Assembly: GCA_902826615.1 (NCBI GenBank)
Contig: CADEFN010000012.1
Coordinates: 4,521-68,520 of the forward strand
DNA: 64,000 bases
Direction of reading: 5' to 3'
DNA from: an uncultured Gemmatimonadota bacterium
Lineage (GTDB): Bacteria > Gemmatimonadota > Gemmatimonadetes > Gemmatimonadales > Gemmatimonadaceae
Shown in pieces: positions 17,635-25,934 of this stretch. Numbering within the stretch: the stretch's first letter is position 1; each line of letters starts with the position of its first letter. The translations under genes were made by a program, and so were the position numbers. Under the pieces are notes generated by a model. That model was not told the origin of the DNA, did not search any database, and was given only the letters and a program-made list of their open reading frames with translations.

Positions 17635-17684
17635 GCTGATTCGTAGTCAGCAGGTCGTAGGTTCAAGTCCTATCGCCTGCTCCA
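17635..17684 (+). other. 3' half of a tRNA-Thr(CGU) gene: anticodon arm, variable loop, T-arm, 3' acceptor and CCA. The 5' half is absent, so this is a putative attR-type remnant
   Basis: GCTGA-TTCGTAG-TCAGC is an anticodon arm with anticodon CGT. It is followed by AGGTC, GTAGG-TTCAAGT-CCTAT and CGCCTGC-T-CCA. The 26 nt upstream (ACATCGCAAGGCGACTCGCCCGCGGC) give neither a D-arm nor a 5' acceptor complementary to CGCCTGC. Confidence 0.65.
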
Positions 17685-17758
17685 GAATCCTTAGCGATTT
17701 CGCGTCTCAACTGTGGCTGCCCGCCTACCCAAGCCCTGCTGACACCCAGCCTGACACC

Positions 17759-18670
17759 CTAGGGCTCCCCTGTTGCGACTCGCACGTTCGAGGACGCTTT
17801 GGCGCGTTGACGGCGCCGACGTGAACTGCGTGCCGCCGGACGGACTGGCGGCGAGCCGGCGATTCCGGGCTCAAGGCGGCGTGTCTCGATGTAGGCAACG
17901 ATCACGACCGCCACAATCTTCGAAACTAGGCGCCGAATCGTAGCCGTCGTCGTGCGAAGTTGCTCGCCGTCGGCGTCTCCGACGTCGTAGAGCGACGCTG
18001 CAGCGGCATCGGCGAAGTAGAACCGCGTACGCTCGAGGCTTCCATCATCGAACGACATGTAGGCCTGCGCGTTGTAAATACTTGAGTCGATGTCGTAGAA
18101 GAACCGATGGTACCCGGCCAGAATCGCCGCGGAGTTCGCGTAGTGATAGGACGCTTGGTTTCTGATCTCATCGTACTTTGAAAGTGCCGATTGCTCCGCC
18201 GCTTGGAGTTGCTCTCCGCAGGCGAGCCTCAAAAGGTTCTGCCAGTCAGCGAGAGCTCCTGGCGACAAGATCTGGAGTGCGAGACGGAAGGCCGGCGATT
18301 CGAGCACTTTCCGCCGGTTCGCCTCTGAAATCGCTTTGAACAGTTCATGCAGGAGCGCATAGCTGAAGCGACTCGCCCAAATGCCCATTCCGAACACCTG
18401 GCCGGCCCTCGGGTTGACTCCGGGTTTCGAAGCCCCAAGGAAGATCTGCTGGTTCCATTCGATCTGCTTCAGATCGTTGTACGCCAGAGCCAGCGAAAGA
18501 ACGAAGCCGTCTGCCGGATCGCTTCCGAAAAACACTTCCTTTTCGAATGCCGTGAGATCCGCCAACGCAAAATGTGGAAGCTCACGGAGGGGCGCCTCCT
18601 CCGGTCCAGACGAGGGCGGCTCGGTGGGTCCGGCGGCCACATCATCGCGTCTGAAAAGGCCTTTCTTCAT
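17759..18670 (-). CDS. hypothetical soluble protein (303 aa)
   Basis: Start ATG at 18670 (MKKGLFRRDDVAAGPTEPP...). The track ORF 17759..19372 over-extends through the upstream gene. It is predicted helical, with an Arg-rich tail. It lies 12 bp downstream of the membrane protein gene, so the two form an operon. Confidence 0.55.
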   Translation of the reverse strand: MKKGLFRRDDVAAGPTEPPSSGPEEAPLRELPHFALADLTAFEKEVFFGSDPADGFVLSLALAYNDLKQIEWNQQIFLGASKPGVNPRAGQVFGMGIWASRFSYALLHELFKAISEANRRKVLESPAFRLALQILSPGALADWQNLLRLACGEQLQAAEQSALSKYDEIRNQASYHYANSAAILAGYHRFFYDIDSSIYNAQAYMSFDDGSLERTRFYFADAAAASLYDVGDADGEQLRTTTATIRRLVSKIVAVVIVAYIETRRLEPGIAGSPPVRPAARSSRRRRQRAKASSNVRVATGEP

Positions 18671-18681
18671 TCGCGGCACCT

Positions 18682-19680
18682 CTAGCGCACCTTTCTGGTT
18701 CCAGTGGCGATCAGCACAGATTTGACCGACTCGCGAGGCAGAAACAGCGTGGATTCGCCGTTGTCGGTGCGCAGGTAGAATCCGTGCGTGGTCTCGTCGA
18801 TGATTAGCACGTGCTCGACACGAGTCCGGTCGCCTGCCACAACTTCGAGCGTCGCCTCGACCGGAGCGCCGCCGCCCCAAGCTGGAGCGAAAGTGGGATA
18901 CACGGCGGTTGCGTAGGCGGTGAAAAGGCCGAGTAGTGCGAAGGCCGTCGTATGCGCTTCCGAGCGGTCCGTCGCCAGTAGCCACGGACGGAACGCTGAA
19001 TACCCGGCCACCACTGCTGACCAACGACCGACGGCCTTCCAAGAGACATCGGCTGTGAACAGCGACCACAGTATCAAGGCCATACCGGCGATGACTGCCA
19101 CACGAACGATGGCGCGCGCAGCCTTGCCGCGCATGTTGGTGCGGACCACGATGGCCGTGACAAACAGGCCGACGCCGACGAGCGCCGCTACGCCACCTCG
19201 CCAGGTGAAACCCGAACTCGCCACCTGATTGGCGCCAAGGTAGATGTAGACCTGCCATGCGAGGAAGTAGGCGCCAACGATAGATGCGGTCCCGCTGACC
19301 AGTCGGGAGTTGGTCGACTTCAATGTGTATGCGACGTCCTCTCCGACTTGTCGGAAGTCCGTCGGTCGCCACAGCAGCGCAGAGTGGGCATGTCTGGGCA
19401 TCGACGGGTTTCCAATGAAGGCGGCCCCGGCCCCGAGCGCAATGAACAAGGCGCCAGTAGCGAACGCCCTCGGCCTGATCGGCTCAACATGCGCGATGCC
19501 GAGCGTCCAAAGATGCACGCTAACGATCACGAATCCCAGCGCGTAGACCGCAGGAACCGCGTACGCCACGACCTTGATCCAACCCTCGACGTCAGCTCGC
19601 GACCGTCCCAGCAATGCAGTCCGGCTGGTTGCATCCTGGCCTGCCACGCCATCCCGCAACCCGGGAACCTCGGCACTCAT
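18682..19680 (-). CDS. polytopic membrane protein (332 aa) with soluble C-terminal domain
   Basis: About 7 hydrophobic helices (VVAYAVPAVYALGFVIVSVHLW, ALFIALGAGAAFIG, IVGAYFLAWQVYIYLG, and so on). The C-terminus is APVEATLEVVAGDRTRVEHVLIIDETTHGFYLRTDNGESTLFLPRESV. No family was recognised. Confidence 0.6.
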   Translation of the reverse strand: MSAEVPGLRDGVAGQDATSRTALLGRSRADVEGWIKVVAYAVPAVYALGFVIVSVHLWTLGIAHVEPIRPRAFATGALFIALGAGAAFIGNPSMPRHAHSALLWRPTDFRQVGEDVAYTLKSTNSRLVSGTASIVGAYFLAWQVYIYLGANQVASSGFTWRGGVAALVGVGLFVTAIVVRTNMRGKAARAIVRVAVIAGMALILWSLFTADVSWKAVGRWSAVVAGYSAFRPWLLATDRSEAHTTAFALLGLFTAYATAVYPTFAPAWGGGAPVEATLEVVAGDRTRVEHVLIIDETTHGFYLRTDNGESTLFLPRESVKSVLIATGTRKVR

Positions 19681-19949
19681 GGCGACGAGCCTACTTCCGT
19701 CCGAGCAGCCTGTCCATGTGTTCGCCTGCCGGGGCGGCGGTCTCGGGCTGGAGATGCCTGGTCATCTCTAGCCCGCGCGTAAGATTCCCCTTCCAACTCG
19801 CGTTCCTCTAGGTACGTCGACAGGTTCGCTGTCACCACGTACGGCCTTTCAGGGGTCGTGCGTCCTCCCTCGTTTCACGGGTCTTCAAGAGCCGTCGGAA
19901 CCTTCACCCGCACCGCTGGTCTCAGACACGCGGTGTCCCAGGAGACGTC

Positions 19950-20273
19950 ATGTCCAAGAAGAGCGCAGAGATCGTGTCTGTACGGATCGTTCCGAATGCC
20001 ACGGGCAGCCCTGTTGGGAAGCTCGCCGATGCGGAACTGGTCTTCGAAGCCGACGCCGGCCCGTTCAGCGGGATGAAGCTCATCGGCTTCGCAGTATGGG
20101 AGCGTCGCTCCGGCAACGGGCGCAACGTGACGTTCCCGGCCCGGCAGTACTCCGTCAGCGGAGAGCGCCGGAGCTTCGCGCTGCTGCGTCCCGCCAACGG
20201 GGAGGTCAGCGCACAGGAGGCGGTTCGGGATCTGATCCTGGCGGCGTACAGCGCCGTCGAGGCTCAGGCCTGA
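19950..20273 (+). CDS. SpoVG-like protein (copy 1)
   Basis: 107 aa. IVSVRIVPNATGSPVGKLADAELVF...GMKLIGFAVWERRSGNGRNVTFPARQYSVSGERRSFALLRP...VRDLILAAY follows the SpoVG layout: V-R-(I/L) strand, K/R-A-x-A-x-(I/V) strand, I-x-V hairpin, G-x-x-V-x-x-P, then helix ...I-x-x-x-(I/V)L-x-x-Y. It is a paralog of 24289 and 43399. Confidence 0.55.
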   Translation: MSKKSAEIVSVRIVPNATGSPVGKLADAELVFEADAGPFSGMKLIGFAVWERRSGNGRNVTFPARQYSVSGERRSFALLRPANGEVSAQEAVRDLILAAYSAVEAQA

Positions 20274-20432
20274 CCGACTCGATGGAGACGCCCGGACGGT
20301 CGGCCTCACGCGGCCGTCCGGGTCTCCGGCGACACCGCCACACGGGCCGCCTCAGGCGCCGGATGGTGTCGCCATCCCAACAGCTTCGCCGCCGACGTTG
20401 CCTGTGCGCCACGAGGCGCCACCGAGGACCGC

Positions 20433-21611
20433 ATGGACACTGCGCTGCATCCCGCCATCGCTCGCCGTTCGGACGCCGCTGCGAACACCAGCGGTCCTTC
20501 GCCCCTGCCAGGCGCGCAGACGGTGTCGGTCGTGGCGGTCTACCGGTTGTCCGAGGCCGGCCGGAAGGCGTCCTTGCTGGCGGGTGGCAACGGCCGTGAG
20601 AGGCAGCAGGTGGCGCTCGACGTGCCCGTGACGCGCCTGCACCTCGTGCATGTCGAACCGAACGGGACCGCGCGGCTGAAGCTGAAGCCGCGATTCGAGT
20701 TGCGCGGCGAGAGCCAACGGGTCGTGCGGGTGGAGGAGTCCCCGCAGTACGACGCGCCGCCGTCTACCGACGCGCTCCTGCAGGACGCCGCCCGCAGCCA
20801 TCAGCTCGAAGCGACGTACCAAGCGCAGGGCGTCTCCCAGCGATCGACGCGCCTCGAGACCAGTCGCACATGGCGGGACGAGGTGGCCGTGGCGTTCCTG
20901 AGCGACGCGAACCGACGCGCCATCACGCATCCGTCGCCGACACCTCGCCGGTGCGTGCTCGCCACGGACCGCGGCCGGATGGACTTCGACGCGAAGCGCG
21001 ACCGTGGCGCCGCGCGGGACGTGCCGCTCGAGGCCTACCGCCGCTTCCATGCGGACCTTCGTGCCAGACGCGAACGCGCCCAGGACGACGTAGCCACGTT
21101 CCACGCCGCCCACGCCGAGAAGCAGCGGCTGGTAGGGGAGTGGACGACCGAGCACGGCACGGACGACCAGCGCGCGAGGCTGGCCGCCGGCGTGCTGCCA
21201 CTTGAAGAGATCGTCGAGGCGATGACCGCCCAGGCGTTCGCCATGGTGGCGCATCTCCCGGCCTACGGGCGCGACGGCGCCGCCCGGTTGCAGGCGCACC
21301 TGCGCAACGTGCCGGCCTACGCCGACGCCGTGGTCTCCGCATCCGCATTGGCCGTGACCACGCGCTACCTCACCGAGGCCTCGTCCGCGCAGTGGGCGGT
21401 GATGCAGCAGGTCAAAGCCGCTGTGCCCGATGCCCAGGTGTTCCTGCGCGAACGTGTGCTCTCGTGGACAGCCGATCCGAAGGCGCCGCGCCCGCGCATC
21501 GTGACGGTCTTGGGGTTCATGAAGGTGGGCCCTCTCACTCTGCGCCGCGAGTTCTGTATCCCTGACATGTGTTCCGCCATGCCCGAATGCGACGGAGGAC
21601 CAGAGAACTGA
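20433..21611 (+). CDS. hypothetical protein (392 aa)
   Basis: A long ORF with coding-like composition between the SpoVG-like and DUF932 genes. No motif was recognised. Confidence 0.5.
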   Translation: MDTALHPAIARRSDAAANTSGPSPLPGAQTVSVVAVYRLSEAGRKASLLAGGNGRERQQVALDVPVTRLHLVHVEPNGTARLKLKPRFELRGESQRVVRVEESPQYDAPPSTDALLQDAARSHQLEATYQAQGVSQRSTRLETSRTWRDEVAVAFLSDANRRAITHPSPTPRRCVLATDRGRMDFDAKRDRGAARDVPLEAYRRFHADLRARRERAQDDVATFHAAHAEKQRLVGEWTTEHGTDDQRARLAAGVLPLEEIVEAMTAQAFAMVAHLPAYGRDGAARLQAHLRNVPAYADAVVSASALAVTTRYLTEASSAQWAVMQQVKAAVPDAQVFLRERVLSWTADPKAPRPRIVTVLGFMKVGPLTLRREFCIPDMCSAMPECDGGPEN

Positions 21612-21736
21612 TGCGGCACTGATTGTCGCGTCCGACCCCTCTCTAGTGGCCATTCTGGCCGCGCCCTCCACGCCCGTTCAGCGGCGTGGAGTTCCTCCCC
21701 AACCACGACCCTCAGGGCTAGTTCAAGGAGCACACG

Positions 21737-22843
21737 ATGCAGAGTACTGGTGTCGCTGCAGTCACGGCGTTCACCGCACATCGGGAATGGGCCACACGCC
21801 CCCCCGACGAGCGGTTCGCCAGCGTCTCGACGCTCTACGAGGCGGCGCGCGACCGGCGCGTTCGCACCGAAGAGCGGGTGATCGAGACGAGCCAGATTCA
21901 GACCGACGCGCCGACTGACGACGGACTCGTGCTACGCGAGCCGTCCGGACAAACCTCGGCGCTCACGCACTGGAGCTTCGAGCAGCTCGCCGGCATCGCT
22001 GGTGCGCCGCCTCGCTACCTCCGCACGCTGCCGGCGTCGATCGCATCCAGTGCGATCAACTTCGGACTGCGTCGGCAACGCCGCGACGGGCTGCAGCTCT
22101 TCGTGGACCAGGCCGACCCACGGACCGTACACGCCGTCACCTCCCAGAGGTACGAGCGCGTGCACCACGACGAGCTGGCAGCGCGCGTGCTCGACCTGAT
22201 GGGGGAGCACCCCGCGTGGCACCTGCCGCCTGGCTACAAGGATGGCGTGTTCGGCGCTGTACGGATTCCGTCTGGCGCCTATCTGGGAGATCGCGACATG
22301 TTCCTCTTCTTGATCGACGGGAACCGATCGCTTGACGACCCGACCGACCCCTCGCAGGCTGGAATGTTCCGTGGGTTCATCCTGCGGAACAGCGATGTCG
22401 GAGCCGCCGCTCTCACCCTGGATCTGTTCCTGTTCCGCGCCGTGTGCGGGAACCACATCATCTGGGGCTTTCACCACCTGGCCGGCTTCCGCCGCCGGCA
22501 CGTGGGCGCGTCGATTCACGAGGCGTGGGCGGGCTCCCTTGAGTCCGTGCGCGCGTCCCTCGACGCCAGCCTCGACGACGACCGCGCCATGCTCCTGAGA
22601 GCCACCACTCAGGAACTCGGCGCGTCGCGCGAGGAGGTCCTCAACACGGTCACGGCGCGACTGGACCTGTCGCGTAAGGTGGCCGACGAGGCCTACGGGT
22701 TGGCTGACGCCTACGAGCGGAATCCGCGCTCCATCTGGGGGTACGTGCAAGGGCTGACACGACTCAGCCAGCGCACGCCCTGGCAGGACACGCGGTTCGG
22801 GCTCGACCAGGCGGCCAGTCGCCTGCTCGCCACGGTCAGCTGA
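21737..22843 (+). CDS. DUF932/DUF945-like protein (common ICE/plasmid leading-region protein)
   Basis: 368 aa. Size, context next to RadC, and segments such as HWSFEQLAGIAGAPPRYLRTLP and FLFRAVCGNHIIWGF match my recollection of DUF932. This needs an HMM check. Confidence 0.6.
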   Translation: MQSTGVAAVTAFTAHREWATRPPDERFASVSTLYEAARDRRVRTEERVIETSQIQTDAPTDDGLVLREPSGQTSALTHWSFEQLAGIAGAPPRYLRTLPASIASSAINFGLRRQRRDGLQLFVDQADPRTVHAVTSQRYERVHHDELAARVLDLMGEHPAWHLPPGYKDGVFGAVRIPSGAYLGDRDMFLFLIDGNRSLDDPTDPSQAGMFRGFILRNSDVGAAALTLDLFLFRAVCGNHIIWGFHHLAGFRRRHVGASIHEAWAGSLESVRASLDASLDDDRAMLLRATTQELGASREEVLNTVTARLDLSRKVADEAYGLADAYERNPRSIWGYVQGLTRLSQRTPWQDTRFGLDQAASRLLATVS

Positions 22844-23161
22844 CCGTGACGCGTCGCATGCCGGGCTGAGCCCGCACGCCCCGACAACCACACCCAGCAG
22901 TGCGAGCGCGGCCTGACGCCGCCTCGCACTCCTGCGGGCGACCCGTGTCGCTCGCGGCAGCCTCCGCTCTCAGAGCCAGGCGCTCCGACGGAGGGATCCG
23001 CGATGCGCTCGACTCCACACGTCACTCCACTAGCCGCCGGTCCGGGCGGCATCCCCTGTCCACCTCTTTTCGCCATTCGTCGCGCGTTCGCGTACCCCGC
23101 CGTCGCGACACGGCCGTCGTGTGCCCCCGAGCCACGCCCGCCGCTTTCCGGGAGACCGTCC

Positions 23162-23680
23162 ATGTCTGTTGACTCGCTGCCTCCATCCCGCGGCCATCGC
23201 GTCCGCGAGTTCGTCTGCTCCTACCGCACCCTCCGCGACGATCAAGGTCAGGCCGTCCGCCTGTCCACCCTCGCGCTCAGCGATCCGCGCATTGCCGCGG
23301 ACACGCTGGCGCCGCTCCTCGCCCAGGAAGCCGTCGAGATCTTCGCGGTGGCCTGCCTCTCAACGCGCCATCGGCTGCTGGCGTGGCACGTGCTGTCGCG
23401 CGGCACGCGATCCGCGACGAGCGTCTCGCTGCCCGACGTCTTCGTCCCGGCGTGTCTCACGCCCGGCACGACCGCCCTGCTCGTGGCGCACAACCACCCG
23501 AGCGGAGATCCCACCCCGAGCGCGGATGATGCCCGACTCACCCAACGACTCGCGCAGGCGGCCGATGTGATCGACATCCCGCTGCTCGACCACCTCATCG
23601 TCGGGGCCGACGGGCGCTACTACAGCTTCCGTGAAGCCGGCGTGCTGCCGCCGCGAGGTCTCGGCCTCGCGCGGCTCTGA
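23162..23680 (+). CDS. radC: RadC-like JAB/MPN domain protein
   Basis: 172 aa from ATG 23162. JAMM motif: LLVAHNHPSGDPTPSADDARLTQRL, then IPLLDHLIVGADGRYYSFRE. Confidence 0.8.
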   Translation: MSVDSLPPSRGHRVREFVCSYRTLRDDQGQAVRLSTLALSDPRIAADTLAPLLAQEAVEIFAVACLSTRHRLLAWHVLSRGTRSATSVSLPDVFVPACLTPGTTALLVAHNHPSGDPTPSADDARLTQRLAQAADVIDIPLLDHLIVGADGRYYSFREAGVLPPRGLGLARL

Positions 23681-23873
23681 CCCCGCGCCGTCCATCACGC
23701 CCCGGATGGTCGGGCGGCCCTCGGGCTCGTCAAGTCTCTCGCTCCGCTCGACCCCTCTCGGGGCTTGCGGACTTGACGGGCCCTCCGGGGCCGCCACGCC
23801 TCGGCAACTACGTGATGGCCGGCTCCCTCTGACGACTTGAGACACGACAGGACCCCAGAAGGAAGGAGATCGC

Positions 23874-24248
23874 ATGACCATGGCACTGCTGGCCCCCACC
23901 ATCACGGTGACGATCGGACGCCAGACGCGCGTCTACCACGCGTTCATCACGACGGCCCCGGCGTCGTACGACGCGCCCTCGACCCTCACGCTCCACACGG
24001 CATCGCTCGCCGACGTGGCGGGCCTCGCGGCCGATCCGGTCCGTCTCGAGCTGGCGCGTCGCCAGCGCTCGGGGCGCCTGGTGCTCGTCGAGACGACGCA
24101 GTTCGTGTGGCAGCGCGCCCGCTACCGCGAGGGGCGCTACCTGTTCGCCGCGGCCGACCCGATGCTCGTCGGCCTCAACACGCTGCAGCACTGGCTGTGG
24201 CAGCGCATCGGCCTGCCGCTGGCCGCCAAACCCCACGCGAATGCGTAG
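23874..24248 (+). CDS. hypothetical protein (124 aa), first gene of a duplicated three-gene module
   Basis: RVYHAFITTAPASYDAPSTLTLHTASLADVAGLAADPVRLELARRQRSGRLVLVETTQFVWQRARYREGRYLF is very similar to 42969..43358. Confidence 0.55.
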   Translation: MTMALLAPTITVTIGRQTRVYHAFITTAPASYDAPSTLTLHTASLADVAGLAADPVRLELARRQRSGRLVLVETTQFVWQRARYREGRYLFAAADPMLVGLNTLQHWLWQRIGLPLAAKPHANA

Positions 24249-24288
24249 CCAGCGACCCGACAACCATTCCCAAGCATTGGAGGGCTCC

Positions 24289-24600
24289 ATGGAGATCGAA
24301 GTCAAGATTCGTCGCAACGAGCACACGACGCCGGTTGGGAAGCTGGCCGATGCGGAGGTGCACTTCACGAGCGGGGTGCTGGCGGGCCTCAAGCTGGTCG
24401 GATTCGGGGTGTGGACCCGTCGGGATGGCCCGGGGTGCCACGTCACGTTCCCCGCTCGCCAGTTCACCGTCCACGGTGAACGGCGCAGCTTTGCGCTCCT
24501 GCGCGCAGTGCACGACTTGGGCGCCCAACAGCAGGTGCGGGACCTGGTGCTGCGGGCGTATGACGCGCAGACCGAGCACCCGCACGAGCACACGGCTTAG
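24289..24600 (+). CDS. SpoVG-like protein (copy 2)
   Basis: 103 aa from ATG 24289, with GGAGGG upstream. Sequence: MEIEVKIRRNEHTTPVGKLADAEVHFTSGVLAGLKLVGFGVWTRRDGPGCHVTFPARQFTVHGERRSFALLRAV. Confidence 0.55.
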   Translation: MEIEVKIRRNEHTTPVGKLADAEVHFTSGVLAGLKLVGFGVWTRRDGPGCHVTFPARQFTVHGERRSFALLRAVHDLGAQQQVRDLVLRAYDAQTEHPHEHTA

Positions 24601-24698
24601 CTTCCTGAAGGAATCGACCGCGGCGACGCCCACCGTCGCGTTAGACCGACACGAAGGGGCGCTGGTAGAGCCGGCGGCCCGGAACGTGGGCACGTTCG

Positions 24699-24923
24699 TT
24701 GGAGCGCGCCATGAGTGTGCAACTGCAATCGACCGATGTGTTCCTAACCGTGCGCGACGTGGCCGAGCGGCTAAAGGTGAACGAAGAGACAGCGCGTCGG
24801 CTCTTCGCGAGCGAGCCAGGGGTGATCGTGATCTGTTTTCCGAGGCGCGGGCGCCGCGTCTACCGGACACTGCGAATTCCAGAGGCAGTCTTCAGGCGCG
24901 TTGTTGAGAGGTTCGTGAGGTAA
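24699..24923 (+). CDS. excisionase-family (HTH_17/MerR-like) DNA-binding protein
   Basis: 74 aa. VFLTVRDVAERLKVNEETARRLFASEPGVIVICFPRRGRRVYRTLRIPEAVFRRVVERF is an HTH followed by a wing. It is a paralog of 43756..43971. Confidence 0.6.
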   Translation: MERAMSVQLQSTDVFLTVRDVAERLKVNEETARRLFASEPGVIVICFPRRGRRVYRTLRIPEAVFRRVVERFVR

Positions 24924-25537
24924 AGGATGAGCTTGGGGTCGCCCGTGGACCACACGGAAGACCTCATGGGCGGGCGACAGGGCTGGGGTTCCTATCACCA
25001 AAAACGTCTGATCGGTTACGTGGCCGACCATGAGCCGCGTCGCGGGATGGTCGGCCCGACGACAGGGCGCTGCGGTCGGCTCGTGCAATGGCGCTCCGAG
25101 CAGTTCGTAGTCTCGCGGGTGCTTAAGCCCAAGACTTCAGCTCGGTCAGCGTTCGCTGGCGACTCCCGACGGTCGAAGTCGAAACCCCGTGCGCTTGACG
25201 ACCGTTGCCGCAGTCGGAACCGCAAAGCCGTGGCGCGCGGGACCAAAGCTGCACGCAATCTAGCATTCACGCCTTGCCAGAGTCCTAAGACTGCGGTATG
25301 GTGTCCGCGAAAGTTGACCCTCGCCCCAAGAGTGTTCAACCTTCTAGCACTACGCCGGGCCGACCCTCCGCGGACCCGTTTGGCTCTAACCGAGTAGGTA
25401 ATACCGCACCGCCAATCGCCGACTGCCGAGCGAGCGATACCGCTTCGCGCGTCGTGTTTGACTGGCGAGAATTCGGACCGCACGGAAGAAGCCGATCTGG
25501 CTCGGCGAGCCCCGCCAGCGCCTTGGGAAGGGAAATC

Positions 25538-25930
25538 ATGGGTCGTGTTGAGCGAGTTGGCCTAAGGATCCTTGCGGCATTCGCCTTCCTGATCGCGACT
25601 ACTGTGCTTCGCGTAGCGGGGATCGGCGGTGCCGAGTGGCTGCTAAAGCGCATACAGGCTCGACGGACGGCCACAAACGACGTTGAGCAGAGCCGAGAAC
25701 TAGCCGCTACTGTCGACCACGCTCTCTATTACTTCGACCATCCATCACTCTGTCTGTCGAGATCGCTAGCGCTTACGATGGTGTTGCGGTTGTGTGGAGT
25801 AGACGCCACGATGGTCACAGGCATCCGTCCAGTTCCGCTCAAGGGCCACGCGTGGGTCGAGGTCGGACACTCAGTAGTGAACGACGACCCTAGGGTCGGG
25901 CAGATCTACCTTCCATTGAGTCGATTCTAG
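25538..25930 (+). CDS. lasso peptide leader peptidase, B2 protein (transglutaminase-like Cys protease)
   Basis: 130 aa from ATG 25538. The catalytic layout is C-LSRSLALTMVLRLCGVDATMVTG...KGHAWVEVGHSVVNDDP (Cys, His, Asp), as in the lasso B2/Transglut_core3 family. It sits directly upstream of the cyclase. Confidence 0.75.
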   Translation: MGRVERVGLRILAAFAFLIATTVLRVAGIGGAEWLLKRIQARRTATNDVEQSRELAATVDHALYYFDHPSLCLSRSLALTMVLRLCGVDATMVTGIRPVPLKGHAWVEVGHSVVNDDPRVGQIYLPLSRF

Positions 25931-25934
25931 ACGC

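Noticed and set aside
17609-17684. Possibility that a complete tRNA-Thr gene is present.
   Set aside because: The 5' acceptor strand complementary to CGCCTGC and a D-arm cannot be found in the 26 nt upstream. The nearest candidate, GCAAGGC, pairs at only 4 of 7 positions. Only the 3' half is tRNA-like.
25335-25378. Weak resemblance of GTGTTCAACCTTCTAGCACTACGCCGGGCCGACCCTCCGCGG to the 3' part of att-like units C and D (GTGTTCAACAACTGGACGCAGTCC.AA.CCCACCCTCTCCGC). This would be a possible fifth att remnant after the excisionase gene at 24923.
   Set aside because: Only the first 9 nt and a short C-rich end match. The middle is essentially random and the upstream blocks are absent.
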